A DNA stretch of 64,000 nt from Polyangiaceae bacterium (lineage in GTDB: Bacteria > Myxococcota_A > Polyangia > Polyangiales > Polyangiaceae): the NCBI GenBank assembly GCA_050287085.1, contig JBNKBE010000015.1, positions 1-64,000 of the forward strand. Direction: 5' to 3'. Positions within the stretch are counted from its first letter, which is position 1. Each line of letters starts with the position of its first letter. The position numbers were made by a program, and so were the translations under genes. Below are positions 1 to 9,242 of the stretch, piece by piece. The notes under the pieces were generated by a model that saw only the letters and a list, made by a program, of their open reading frames with translations, was not told where the DNA came from and made no database searches.

Positions 1-126
1 TCTGTGGTGCCTGCGGCTTATCGTCTCTGCTGATGGCTGCGGGTATGGCCTCGACGAGAGAACCTGTGAGCAGGCACGGGGGAACAGCAGTGGTTGCGGT
101 CGTGGAAATCACGATGTGGCCAGATT

Positions 127-804
127 TCACGGCGCCGGCCGGCGAATTCCGGGAATACATTGATACGCTCTCCTCAACAGATCCACCTCGTCGCTCCCCC
201 GCGTGCCGAGGTATTCGCGCAGCTCCACCAGAAACGCACAGGTTCCCCTTGAGGGAATCACGCCCTGGCTGAGCACTCCAGGGGAGGAACGCACCACTCG
301 GAGCGTCCCAAACTCGCCCTCGCGACTATCATAATCAGCAGGCCGCTGGACTCGGTGGAAGGCAACGTGCCTGGCCAGCAGCGGAGAAAGGGCGCTATTG
401 TCACTCCCTCGCGTGTTCACAAAGATAGGAAACAGCCATGGTTCGTTGACCAGCTCGCCAACGCGCTGCTCCAGCCGTGGGCTAGGCTGACACGTAGGAT
501 CGTGCAACACCAGCACCGGCGGAGGCTTGTCCTGTCCTCCGATGTGAATGATTAGGTGTAGCTCACACCTGTCCGCGTTGTCGGGGTCAATGGTGTCTAG
601 CGATTGAAGCCGCGCGGCTTCCACGACGCCGATCAGAGGGGTGGCCGTCGCCGAGGCGCTGGAGGCCGTTGTGGCGAACGACGACTGCGAGCTCGGGCCG
701 GTCGTGCTTGGAGCAGGAAGTGATCGGGGCTCGCCGTCGCAAGCCAACATGAGGTAGGAAGCTCCAACATGAAAGAGAGCAGCCACGAAAGTGTAGCGGG
801 TCAC
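127..804 (-). CDS. hypothetical lipoprotein
   Basis: 225-aa ORF with a hydrophobic N-terminus ending in lipobox-like MLAC, then a Ser/Thr/Pro linker. No recognisable domain. Confidence 0.5.
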   Translation of the reverse strand: MTRYTFVAALFHVGASYLMLACDGEPRSLPAPSTTGPSSQSSFATTASSASATATPLIGVVEAARLQSLDTIDPDNADRCELHLIIHIGGQDKPPPVLVLHDPTCQPSPRLEQRVGELVNEPWLFPIFVNTRGSDNSALSPLLARHVAFHRVQRPADYDSREGEFGTLRVVRSSPGVLSQGVIPSRGTCAFLVELREYLGTRGSDEVDLLRRAYQCIPGIRRPAP

Positions 805-885
805 GGAATCTGTTCCAGGTGAAAGCTCGAAGGCTCGTCAACAACGACAAGATGGCACAAGCTCCCATTCCTTGTAAAGCGCCAG

Positions 886-1233
886 GTGTCCGTTACTAGG
901 AGGCTGCAGCGAGGTGAACCCAAGCTCCGCATCACCTATTCCGTCATCCTCCCCAAGCTCGCACCGGATGACGTGACGACCTTCGTGCACGTCGAGCTCG
1001 ATAAGGTGGCACTCGCCCACAGCACCTTCACGGACAACGCACTCGAGCTCATCGTGCGCCCGTCGGAAGGCCCGCTGCGGCGCGCTCGCAACCTCTGCCT
1101 CTCCTGTCTGCTCGAAGCCGTCAGGAACTGCGTCAAGCAGGTCGGCCTGCGACAGGTCAACCGCGTCCTCCTGCGGTCTCACTGGCGGCAGGAACGCGAT
1201 CTGGACTATCCCGCGACCCTCTTTCGGACCTGA
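886..1233 (+). pseudogene. C-terminal remnant of an ExeA-like/transposon-associated AAA ATPase
   Basis: RITYSVILPKL...FTDNALELIVRPSEGPLRRARNLCLSCLLEAV resembles the lid region of ExeA-type AAA proteins. No Walker A/B motifs are present. Confidence 0.6.
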
Positions 1234-1422
1234 AGACGCCAGCCCTGCCGCCTACCGCGGCCGCGCTGGCGTCTTCCTTTGCCCGAGACTTACGACACCC
1301 TGGGGCTCGAACTAGGGCAAGAACTTGGAAAGCCGCTCGAAAACCATACGAGCACAGTTTGGTAGGGGTCTAAGACGTCAATTCGGCCGCTAACATCTAC
1401 GTTGCCGGCCAGCGCTACGCAG

Positions 1423-1870
1423 TCACTGCACCTCGCAGCGCGCGGTATCGGCGAGCAGGGAGTCAGCGAACTGCTCGGCGTCCGCGCAGCTAGCCGGTGG
1501 CTCGTGTGCAGTCGGGATCGGGCTCGGCTCATCGGGGTCGACAGCGTCATCAGCCTCGTCATCGTCGGTCGACGGAGCGCTGTCGTCGTCCCCCGGAGCG
1601 ATTGGCCCGTCGTCGTCGTTCGGCCCGGACGCGTCACCGCTCCGCAGCGCTGTATCGTCGTCGATGTCCTCATCCAGCGACGGGTTACCAGCGTACCGTC
1701 CGGCATCGTCGCCAGTGGTTCCACCTTCGCAGTGGCCCCAGGTCGCGTCATCCTCGCAGAACTGCCCGCCGGCGCACGCACCGATGCCCACGCAAGCTCG
1801 GGCGTCGCCTGGCTCGCAGCTCTTCACTTTGCTCCCGGTATCTTGTGTTGTCCCAGCCCTCTCACAAGAG
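1423..1870 (-). pseudogene. truncated Cys-rich secreted/lipoprotein fragment
   Basis: Cys module CEPGDARACVGIGACAGGQFC...WGHC plus an acidic linker. An in-frame upstream ASC lacks a hydrophobic signal peptide and a start codon. Confidence 0.4.
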
Positions 1871-1911
1871 GCGCGGCGTCCTACGGTTCGAAACCGGCCA
1901 AACGTTGCTGG

Positions 1912-3456
1912 CTATTCACTGCAGAGCGACCAAGCCTTCAGACCCTCGGGACGGCGTAGGGTGGGTCGAGCCCACCCCAAAAGGTCAGCCATAGTCCGCG
2001 CCGCTCGAGGGTCGCCGCAGTACCCACCATCCTTCGTCAAGAGGGCAAGCTCTGCTGGTAGCGCTCCACCGACAGCGAGCAAGGATCGCATCGCAGCATC
2101 ATAGACGAGTAGAACCTGCCCGGCGTCTGCAGGTCGGAGCCACGCAAGCTCGTTCGCAGTGGCGTATTCCCTGATGCCACCCACAACTGTCTCCGTCACC
2201 CTCTGGGCTCCAAGGGGCCGTGTGAGCTCAAGCACACTGGCCTCCAGTATCCCGCCTTGGGTCCTCCGAAGAGCGACTAGACTTTGGTCGCCGAGCCACT
2301 TCGAGCCAGCGAGCGGCGCCCTCGGAACGCGAATCGACGCTTCGCGTCCCTCCATGAGCTCAAATACTCGTTCGCTTGAGGCGGCGAGTTCGCCCGTCGG
2401 CGAGACGGACCAGGTCACGACATCGGCATCAGGCGACGCCCGTGGTAGCCCGTAGGTGTTGCCGTCTGGATAGTGAACGAAGGCGTTTCCAGAACCGTCA
2501 TCGGACACTATGGGGCCCGCGTCGGCCCAGACGGCATCAACGGAAGGTCGAAGTACCCGACGCCTGTCATGCTGCCAGTCGACTGTGAAGTAGGGCCCCG
2601 GGGCTAGGTCGTGGTTGTCGTGCAAGGCGACTAACTGTTTCCCCTGCTCGCGTAGCGCAACCCCAATGGAATTGGATTCCACGTGTACGGTTGTTCCCGA
2701 CGCAAGCTCAACTACTCGCGTCCGTTGGCTTCCTCCCGCATGCTCAGTAACCAGGAGATAACGTTCCGTCGCGTCGGTCAATGCGCGCCAGGCGCCCGGT
2801 GCGGTGAACGCAACTCCGTTATCCCGAACGCGACGGACCGCGATACCACCGTCGGTGGAGTAGACAGTGTAACCGCCGCGAGGGGTAATCATCAGCAAAT
2901 TGCGATCGGCACACTCGTCGCCGCACGGTAGCCGCTGCGTGGTCGATGAAGTCCACTCAAGCGACGTGAATGCGCCTTCGTTGTGATACCAGATGGCACC
3001 CGACTGCGTAAACACCGCCGGGTGAAGGAGTTCCTCGCACCGCTCGGTTTGCCGGTCCGCCAGCGACACCGTGGTCATGATAGGGATACGCCGACCATCT
3101 GACATGGCGAACTCTCCGCTGCGGAGCAGCACAACAAGCTCTCGCGAGTGCGGTAGCGCGGTGACGCAGGCGATGCTTTCGCCGTTTCCGGGAGCGTCCC
3201 GCAAGGCAAAGGTACGCCCGTCCAGAATGATGGCTCTTCCCGTGCCGAGCAGCACCGGACGCTCGCCCAGCACCACCCGCATGAGCTGAGCGGGTCTTTC
3301 GGGTCGTCCTAGGGCCGTATCGCTGCTCCTTCCCGGCGTTCTCCGCGCTTCCTCCGTCGGCGGCGCCTGGGTCGAAGCAGGTGCATACGCTGACTGTCCG
3401 CTTGTGCATGCTGAGGTCAGCGCAAGGACTAGGGCGATACGGGTTGTCCTGTCCAT
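1912..3456 (-). CDS. lipoprotein, possible beta-propeller; candidate immunity protein
   Basis: ATG at 3456 after AGAGGA. Signal/lipobox MDRTTRIALVLALTSAC and a beta-rich sequence. Overlaps the 3' end of the upstream peptidase ORF. Confidence 0.65.
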   Translation of the reverse strand: MDRTTRIALVLALTSACTSGQSAYAPASTQAPPTEEARRTPGRSSDTALGRPERPAQLMRVVLGERPVLLGTGRAIILDGRTFALRDAPGNGESIACVTALPHSRELVVLLRSGEFAMSDGRRIPIMTTVSLADRQTERCEELLHPAVFTQSGAIWYHNEGAFTSLEWTSSTTQRLPCGDECADRNLLMITPRGGYTVYSTDGGIAVRRVRDNGVAFTAPGAWRALTDATERYLLVTEHAGGSQRTRVVELASGTTVHVESNSIGVALREQGKQLVALHDNHDLAPGPYFTVDWQHDRRRVLRPSVDAVWADAGPIVSDDGSGNAFVHYPDGNTYGLPRASPDADVVTWSVSPTGELAASSERVFELMEGREASIRVPRAPLAGSKWLGDQSLVALRRTQGGILEASVLELTRPLGAQRVTETVVGGIREYATANELAWLRPADAGQVLLVYDAAMRSLLAVGGALPAELALLTKDGGYCGDPRAARTMADLLGWARPTLRRPEGLKAWSLCSE

Positions 3457-4112
3457 ACATCCAATCCTCTCGTGTATCGCCGGTACATTTCGACGTAGGA
3501 AACATTGGGTATCTCCATGTGTCCCCATTCGCGTATACTAGTCCACCGCCCCGCCCATACCAGTCCATTTCCTTCAACGAGAATGCCATAGGGTCCATAG
3601 AGCGCCGAGCTGCTAATGGTCGTGCCATCTAGATAGGTCCCGTTCCTGTAGATGCGAACGTCAAGGGCACCCCCGGACATGTGTGGTCCGATGCTGACGT
3701 GGGACTTTCCAGCTGCGACACGATCGAGTTGCTGTGCGGCATTCCGCATCCCACACACGCCGCAGTCGATGCGTGCGTCGACTCCGCCTTCGCGAAGCCA
3801 GGTGACGATGAAGCGCGCCCGTGCTACAAGTTCGGGGTTTATGCGGGGATCGGACAGGATCTGTTCAGTCTTTGGATCAAGACGGGGGTCGAGACGCTGC
3901 TGCTGGCTTGTTGGGGGTGACCCCCCAAACTCCCGTAGAAACGCCTCTTCTGGGTCTTCTTGCGCCATTAGAGCCGTGAGAATCCTAGCTCCGACCTTCA
4001 TCTCGTACAAGGCAGTGCTGGTCTCATACTCCCTGTAGTACGCCTGGGCCAGTGCCGAGATGACGTTCACGGCGACAGAACCCCAGTCGATCTGCTGGTT
4101 ACCCATCAGCAA
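3429..4112 (-). CDS. orphan polymorphic-toxin-like C-terminal region with M15-family (peptidoglycan) metallopeptidase domain
   Basis: M15 motifs R-x3-QQ, PHMSGGALD (HxxGxAxD), GLVWAGRW and EWGHME. The N-terminus GASIGAQLLMGNQQIDWGSVA resembles Rhs pre-toxin linkers. An in-frame stop lies 14 codons upstream of the TTG and there is no good start. Confidence 0.7.
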   Translation of the reverse strand: MLMGNQQIDWGSVAVNVISALAQAYYREYETSTALYEMKVGARILTALMAQEDPEEAFLREFGGSPPTSQQQRLDPRLDPKTEQILSDPRINPELVARARFIVTWLREGGVDARIDCGVCGMRNAAQQLDRVAAGKSHVSIGPHMSGGALDVRIYRNGTYLDGTTISSSALYGPYGILVEGNGLVWAGRWTSIREWGHMEIPNVSYVEMYRRYTRGLDVWTGQPVSP

Positions 4113-4409
4113 CTGGGCGCCGATGCTGGCACCGGGGGAGGTGCTCGGTTGCTATGGGCCGCGTGGTCGCCTTCGTCCTTGCGACTATGGGCGTTTACTC
4201 GCACCCATCACCCGGCGTCGCTACACAGTGGCGACGTCACTGCGAGGCAGAGCGTGAGCGAACCCAGGTGCGGTGCGCCGGCCGAGCTACCAGTATGGCC
4301 AACTCATTCCGCCTCGATCGTCAGCTAATCGAGCCCCTCCAACCGACAGCCCAGTGCAAGGTTGAACGTCAGTTCGAAGCCTTCGGCTCCCACGCCTATG
4401 GTCGCCCGG

Positions 4410-4500
4410 GTGCCCGCTGCGCGGAACAATCTCCTGGATGTGCCTGATGTCAGCCCTGTTCTCGAGCACCCAGGTCGCCATAGCGTGCTGCAAACGCAAC
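4410..4500 (-). pseudogene. XerC/XerD-like tyrosine recombinase remnant
   Basis: LQHAMATWVLENRADIRHIQEI is a degenerate box II (RHxxATxxLENGADIRxIQExLGH). The rest of the gene is missing. Confidence 0.7.
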
Positions 4501-4763
4501 ATATACCGGGTGCGGCTTAGCGATATGCCACCCCTGTCGACCGCCGCCGGGTGAAGCACCAGCGCGGCCTGGAGCTCCGCTGAGCATAGAAAACACGCGG
4601 GATACCCGAATGAAGACCCACTTATGCGCAGTAGTGCTCATAGGCCGATAAGACTCATTCGACCCGTTTTCGCGAGTTGATGACTCATGCAATTCGGCTT
4701 GTAGCCACACCCAAGAGCCCAGTACTGCGTTCCGACCACCCTTAGCTAAAACGGAGTATCGCG

Positions 4764-6347
4764 ATGACTATGCGACGCCAGGGACCAATTCTCGCGCTGG
4801 GAGTGCTTCTCGGGATCGCCGCCGCGTGCGGCAGCTCGAGCAGCGACGACGTTGGCGTAACAACAAATCCAAACACTGGAGGCAGCCCGGACGCGGGAAC
4901 GAGTTCTGACAACACCGAAACGGGAAGCGACGACGTCAATACCCCAACACCGGACGATTCGGGTGCGGACAATCAATTCGATGGCAACCCCGGTTTCTGT
5001 CCGGAAGGGCCGCCCGCAGAAGGGGCGGAGTGCATGACGCCGTTTCCAGCGAGCTGCTCCTACGACGACGGCGGGTGCGTCTGCAACGAGGGCGCCTGGA
5101 AGTGTTACTCGGACGCGGACTGCCCAGCGACAGCGCCTGACCAGGGGGCGACCTGTGATCTCAATGGGATGGAGTGCGGTTATGATGACAATGTGAATTG
5201 TTACTGCGACGACGCGGACGGCTGGGGTTGCCAAGCCCCATGCCCACAGGCGCAGCCCACCGATGGCGACTCCTGTGTCCGTCCTGTGAACTCCTCGTGC
5301 AATTACGCCGGGGGCTCCATTGTGCAGGGCGGGGGGTTTGGAAATGCCAACAACCAGGGCATGCCGGACACGAACTGCGCTTGCAGTGACGGGGCGTTTG
5401 CATGCTTCACCCAAGACGATTGCCCGACCGCTCCCCCGAGCTCTGGCGAGAGCTGTGACGTACCGACGCTCAATTGCGAGTTTGAGGGCGGCAACTGTGC
5501 GTGCGATGGCGACGGCAGCTGGAACTGCTTCTTCGATTGTCCGGAGACCTTCCCGGATGATGGAGCAGCCTGTGACCGACCAGAGCAAGCCGTGTGTCGC
5601 TATGGTGAGGGAACCTTGGTCCAAGGCGGCGGGATGTTCGGCGGTGGCAATCAAGGCTCGGATTCCGCCTGCAGCTGTTCAGACCTGAAGTTTGACTGCA
5701 TCTCCGAAGAGGATTGCCCCGCCAGCGCGCCGAGCAGCGCCGACGAATGCGCCGGTCTCAATGGCCTCGCCTGTGACTATGGTGACCTATCCTGCGCCTG
5801 CGGGAACATGGGCTGGAACTGTCAGTCCGCATGCCCTGCGGCCCCGCCGGAAACCGGTGACAGCTGCGCACGCAGTCCCAATCAACCTTGTCGCTACGGT
5901 GAAGGCGCCCTGCTGATGGGGGGCGGCATGATGAACAATGCCGCGGCCGACAACACCTGCACCTGCATCGAAGAGGCCTACAGCTGCTTCACAGCCGAGG
6001 ACTGTCCTGCCGCAACGCCCGAAGCTGGCTCCGCGTGTGAGCAGCCCGGACTCTTCTGCGCCATCGACGACCAGAATTGCTTCTGCTCAACCAATTCAAA
6101 CAGCTGGACTTGCTTCATGCCGATGACTCCTCCCGACAACGGAGCCGGGGGGCAGAGCAACACGGCCGGTGCAGGCGGCGAAGGTGGCAGCGGCGGACAA
6201 GACGCGGAGCCCGCCGCTGGCGCTGGCGGAGAGGGTGGTGCCGGTGGCACGGGGGGTAGTCCCGCTGCCGGCGCCGGCGGAGAGAGCCCTGTCGGCGGCA
6301 TGGGCGGAGAGAGTGCTGGCGCGGGCGCGGGCGGCACGGGGGAGTAA
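4764..6347 (+). CDS. Cys-rich repeat lipoprotein
   Basis: Lipobox IAAC, about 8 repeats of CP-x3-P-x2-G-x2-C...C-x-Y...C-x-C-x4-W/F-x-C, and a Gly-rich tail. Confidence 0.85.
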   Translation: MTMRRQGPILALGVLLGIAAACGSSSSDDVGVTTNPNTGGSPDAGTSSDNTETGSDDVNTPTPDDSGADNQFDGNPGFCPEGPPAEGAECMTPFPASCSYDDGGCVCNEGAWKCYSDADCPATAPDQGATCDLNGMECGYDDNVNCYCDDADGWGCQAPCPQAQPTDGDSCVRPVNSSCNYAGGSIVQGGGFGNANNQGMPDTNCACSDGAFACFTQDDCPTAPPSSGESCDVPTLNCEFEGGNCACDGDGSWNCFFDCPETFPDDGAACDRPEQAVCRYGEGTLVQGGGMFGGGNQGSDSACSCSDLKFDCISEEDCPASAPSSADECAGLNGLACDYGDLSCACGNMGWNCQSACPAAPPETGDSCARSPNQPCRYGEGALLMGGGMMNNAAADNTCTCIEEAYSCFTAEDCPAATPEAGSACEQPGLFCAIDDQNCFCSTNSNSWTCFMPMTPPDNGAGGQSNTAGAGGEGGSGGQDAEPAAGAGGEGGAGGTGGSPAAGAGGESPVGGMGGESAGAGAGGTGE

Positions 6348-6398
6348 CCCGCCACTGGCTCGGGCGCGGACGCGGGCGGCACGGGGGAGTAACCCGCC
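6326..6398 (+). repeat. 28-bp duplication spanning the stop codon
   Basis: cgcgggcggcacgggggagtaacccgcc at 6326 and 6371. The second copy can form a GC stem (gcgggcggc/gccgcccgc). Confidence 0.85.
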
Positions 6399-6451
6399 GC
6401 CCGCACCCGCGCCGGCGCCGGCAATGGCGAAGAGAGTAGCGCCGCGCCGGT

Positions 6452-6916
6452 TCAGAGACCAAGCTCCGTCAGGCCGGGATGCTCCTCGGGACGAGCCCCC
6501 GGCGCCGACCAATGAAACCGACGCTGAGACTCCACGATGGGCACGTCGTTGATGCTAGCTTCACGCCGCCGCATCAAGCCCTCCGCGTCGAACTCCCACT
6601 GCTCGTTGCCGTGTGCCCGAAACCACTGACCGGCGTCGTCGTGCCATTCGTACACGAATCGCACGGCGATGCGGTCCCCTGAAAAGGCCCACAGCTCCTT
6701 GATCAGGCGGTAGTCGAGTTCCCTAGACCACTTGCGTATCAGGAAGGCCTCGATGGCGTCACGCCCTGAAAAGAACTCAGCGCGATTGCGCCAGCGGCTC
6801 TCCGCGGAATAGGCCAGAGCCACACGCGCGGCGTCACGGGTATTCCACGCGTCTTCCGCCATGCGGACCTTCTGCATGGCACTCTGCCGGTCAAACGGCG
6901 GTAGCGGAGGCTTCAC
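6452..6916 (-). CDS. DUF1348 / NTF2-like family protein
   Basis: [21 protein letters not shown]...WRNRAEF...[17 protein letters not shown]...GNEQWEF. Confidence 0.9.
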   Translation of the reverse strand: MKPPLPPFDRQSAMQKVRMAEDAWNTRDAARVALAYSAESRWRNRAEFFSGRDAIEAFLIRKWSRELDYRLIKELWAFSGDRIAVRFVYEWHDDAGQWFRAHGNEQWEFDAEGLMRRREASINDVPIVESQRRFHWSAPGARPEEHPGLTELGL

Positions 6917-6922
6917 GGCGGC

Positions 6923-7369
6923 TCACCAGGTCTTGTACGGCAAGAACTTGCCGTTCATGGTGATGACGACACGGTCGCCCTTGGGATCTGCCTCCTTGGA
7001 GACGTCCAGCTTGAAGTCGATCGCGCTCATGATGCCGTCTCCGAACTTCTCGTGAACCACGTCCTTCACGGCGGCTCCGTACACCTGCATGATTTCGTAG
7101 AAGCGGTAGATGAGCGGATCTGTGGGAATGGTCTGTCCCAAGGACTGACCCTTCATGGGGTACTCCGTTAGGGCCAGAGCCACTTCCGGGCCGAGCTCCA
7201 GCGCGGCGCACAGCTTGTCCGCGCATTCCTCGGTCATGGAGTTCTCCGCGTAGATGCATGACGCGATGTATACGTCGGCCTTGCCTACGGCCTCGCTCAA
7301 CGCGGCCCAGCTGACTCCCTTCGCCTTCTTGGCTGCCAAGATCACACTCGTCATCTCTGCTTTGGTCAT
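6923..7369 (-). CDS. cynS: cyanase (cyanate hydratase)
   Basis: 148 aa from ATG 7369, with signature PTDPLIYRFYE...HEKFGDGIMSAIDF...GDRVVITMNGKFLPY. Confidence 0.97.
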   Translation of the reverse strand: MTKAEMTSVILAAKKAKGVSWAALSEAVGKADVYIASCIYAENSMTEECADKLCAALELGPEVALALTEYPMKGQSLGQTIPTDPLIYRFYEIMQVYGAAVKDVVHEKFGDGIMSAIDFKLDVSKEADPKGDRVVITMNGKFLPYKTW

Positions 7370-7469
7370 GATTTGCTCCCGTGGTTCCGTGATTTCGCTT
7401 CGAATGGTTGTTGTTGATGTTGCAGCGAACAGCGCCGCCTCATGGCGCTGTTGCCACCAGTCTAGGGTC

Positions 7470-8369
7470 TCAGGCGTTGTCTCCCGTCGTAACGGCTCCA
7501 ATTCCAACGATCTGCGTCGCTTCGGAGGGCTTCTCATCGCGCGAACCGTCGTCGGCGCAGTCCCCCAGACCGGCGGGCTTCTTCGCGCGCTCTGAAAGAA
7601 AGTCGAGCAAGTTGGAACGCAGGTCGTAGTATTCGGGCAACTTGGACATCCGCGCTCGGTTGCGAGGACGTGGCATATCGACGGACACCTGCTCCGCTAC
7701 CCGCGCGTTGGGACCGTTGGACATCAGTAGGATCCTGTCAGACAGATAGATGGCTTCGTCCACATCGTGTGTGATCATGAACACCGTCTGACGCGTCTCC
7801 GCGCAGATGGCGACCAACTCGTCTTGGATGGAGCCTCGGGTCAGCGCATCGAGCGCTCCGAACGGCTCATCCATCAGCAAGATCTGTGGTTCAATCGCAA
7901 ACGCGCGAGCGATGCCCACGCGTTGACGCATTCCTCCGGACAGTTGAGCTGGACGGCGATCGATGGCTTCACGCAGCCCAACCATGTCGAGGTACTTGAG
8001 GCTATGCGCTTTGACCTGGTCTTTGCTCCAATCTGGGTGCTTCGCCCGCACTGAAAACATGACATTGGCCAGCGCGGACTTCCAAGGGAGTAGGCTGTGA
8101 TTCTGAAAGATGACGCCCCGGGAAAGCCCCGGTTCCGTAACCTGACGTCCGCCCACGAACACGTAGCCGCTAGTAGGTGCACTCAACCCGGCAATCGCGC
8201 TAAGGATCGTAGACTTGCCACAACCGGAGTGTCCGATAATGGAAACGAACTCTCCCTTTTCTACGCCAAATGTGACTTCGTCAAAGACGGTGAGTGGGTC
8301 ACCTTTCTTAGCGCCGTCGAAGCGCATACACAGGTTTTCGACATACAAATACGGTTTAGTGCTCATCAT
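7470..8369 (-). CDS. cynD: cyanate/nitrate-type ABC transporter ATP-binding subunit
   Basis: Walker A GHSGCGKS, LSGGMRQR, LLMDEPFGALD, ITHD. NrtC/D-like and adjacent to cynS; the symbol is context-based. Confidence 0.9.
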   Translation of the reverse strand: MMSTKPYLYVENLCMRFDGAKKGDPLTVFDEVTFGVEKGEFVSIIGHSGCGKSTILSAIAGLSAPTSGYVFVGGRQVTEPGLSRGVIFQNHSLLPWKSALANVMFSVRAKHPDWSKDQVKAHSLKYLDMVGLREAIDRRPAQLSGGMRQRVGIARAFAIEPQILLMDEPFGALDALTRGSIQDELVAICAETRQTVFMITHDVDEAIYLSDRILLMSNGPNARVAEQVSVDMPRPRNRARMSKLPEYYDLRSNLLDFLSERAKKPAGLGDCADDGSRDEKPSEATQIVGIGAVTTGDNA

Positions 8370-8410
8370 CACCTCGGTGCGTCTCGGCCAAGGCCGCGCC
8401 GCCCACATTC

Positions 8411-9238
8411 CTAATCAGTGTACCCAACCTTCAAAGTGACCTGCGCAAGCACCCAGTCCAAAAACATGCCCACCACGCCGATCATCAAGATGGAAAAGAT
8501 GACCGCACTGAGGTCGAGGTTGTTCCACTCATTCCAGACGTAGTAGCCAACGCCGGTTCCCCCGACGAGCATCTCCGCCGCAACGATGACCAACCAGGAG
8601 ATGCCTATCGAGATCCTCATTCCGGTCAGAATCGTGGGCGCTGCCGCCGGTAGAATCACCGTGAGCGCCGTCCTGATTGAGGAGAGCTCCAACGTCCGCG
8701 CCACGTTGATGAAGTCCTGCCGAACACTTGAAACACCAAAGGCCGTGTTGATCAGAATGGGCCATAAGGAACAAACGAAAATTACGAAGATCGACGACGA
8801 GACGGAGTCCTTGATGACGAACAGCGCCAGCGGCATCCACGCCAGCGGCGAGATGGGTTTGAGCAACTGGATGAACGGATTCAGGGCCCGCAACATCAAG
8901 GGCGACATGCCGATGAGAAACCCCGCGGGAATAGCAACGGCCAACGCCGCGAAGTACCCTGTGAGGACTCGACCTAGGGAGTAGAGGAGCTGCAGACCAA
9001 TACCCTTGTCGTTGGGCCCGCGGTCGTAGAACGGATCTGACAACTGCTCGGCCGCAAGTGCAAATACCTTGGACGGAGGTGGTATCCTCGCGGTTTCACC
9101 CGCCGCCGCTACCAGGGCTTCATACTCACTGGCCGCTTCACCGCCTTCGGCCCGGCCCGTTACGGACTGCCATACCGCAAGCACGCCGATGAGGATCAAC
9201 AGAGATAGCAGCGCGGACTTTTTGCCACTGGAAAGCAC
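8411..9238 (-). CDS. cynB: cyanate/nitrate-type ABC transporter permease
   Basis: NrtB-like PFYDRGPNDKGIG...PISPLAWMP...WLVIVAAEML...VWNEWNNL. The symbol is context-based. Confidence 0.9.
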   Translation of the reverse strand: MLSSGKKSALLSLLILIGVLAVWQSVTGRAEGGEAASEYEALVAAAGETARIPPPSKVFALAAEQLSDPFYDRGPNDKGIGLQLLYSLGRVLTGYFAALAVAIPAGFLIGMSPLMLRALNPFIQLLKPISPLAWMPLALFVIKDSVSSSIFVIFVCSLWPILINTAFGVSSVRQDFINVARTLELSSIRTALTVILPAAAPTILTGMRISIGISWLVIVAAEMLVGGTGVGYYVWNEWNNLDLSAVIFSILMIGVVGMFLDWVLAQVTLKVGYTD

Positions 9239-9242
9239 GACT

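Noticed and set aside
1380..1412. Integron attC-like site (GCTAAC...GTT)
   Set aside because: Too short, with no proper R''/L''/L'/R' architecture and no integrase.
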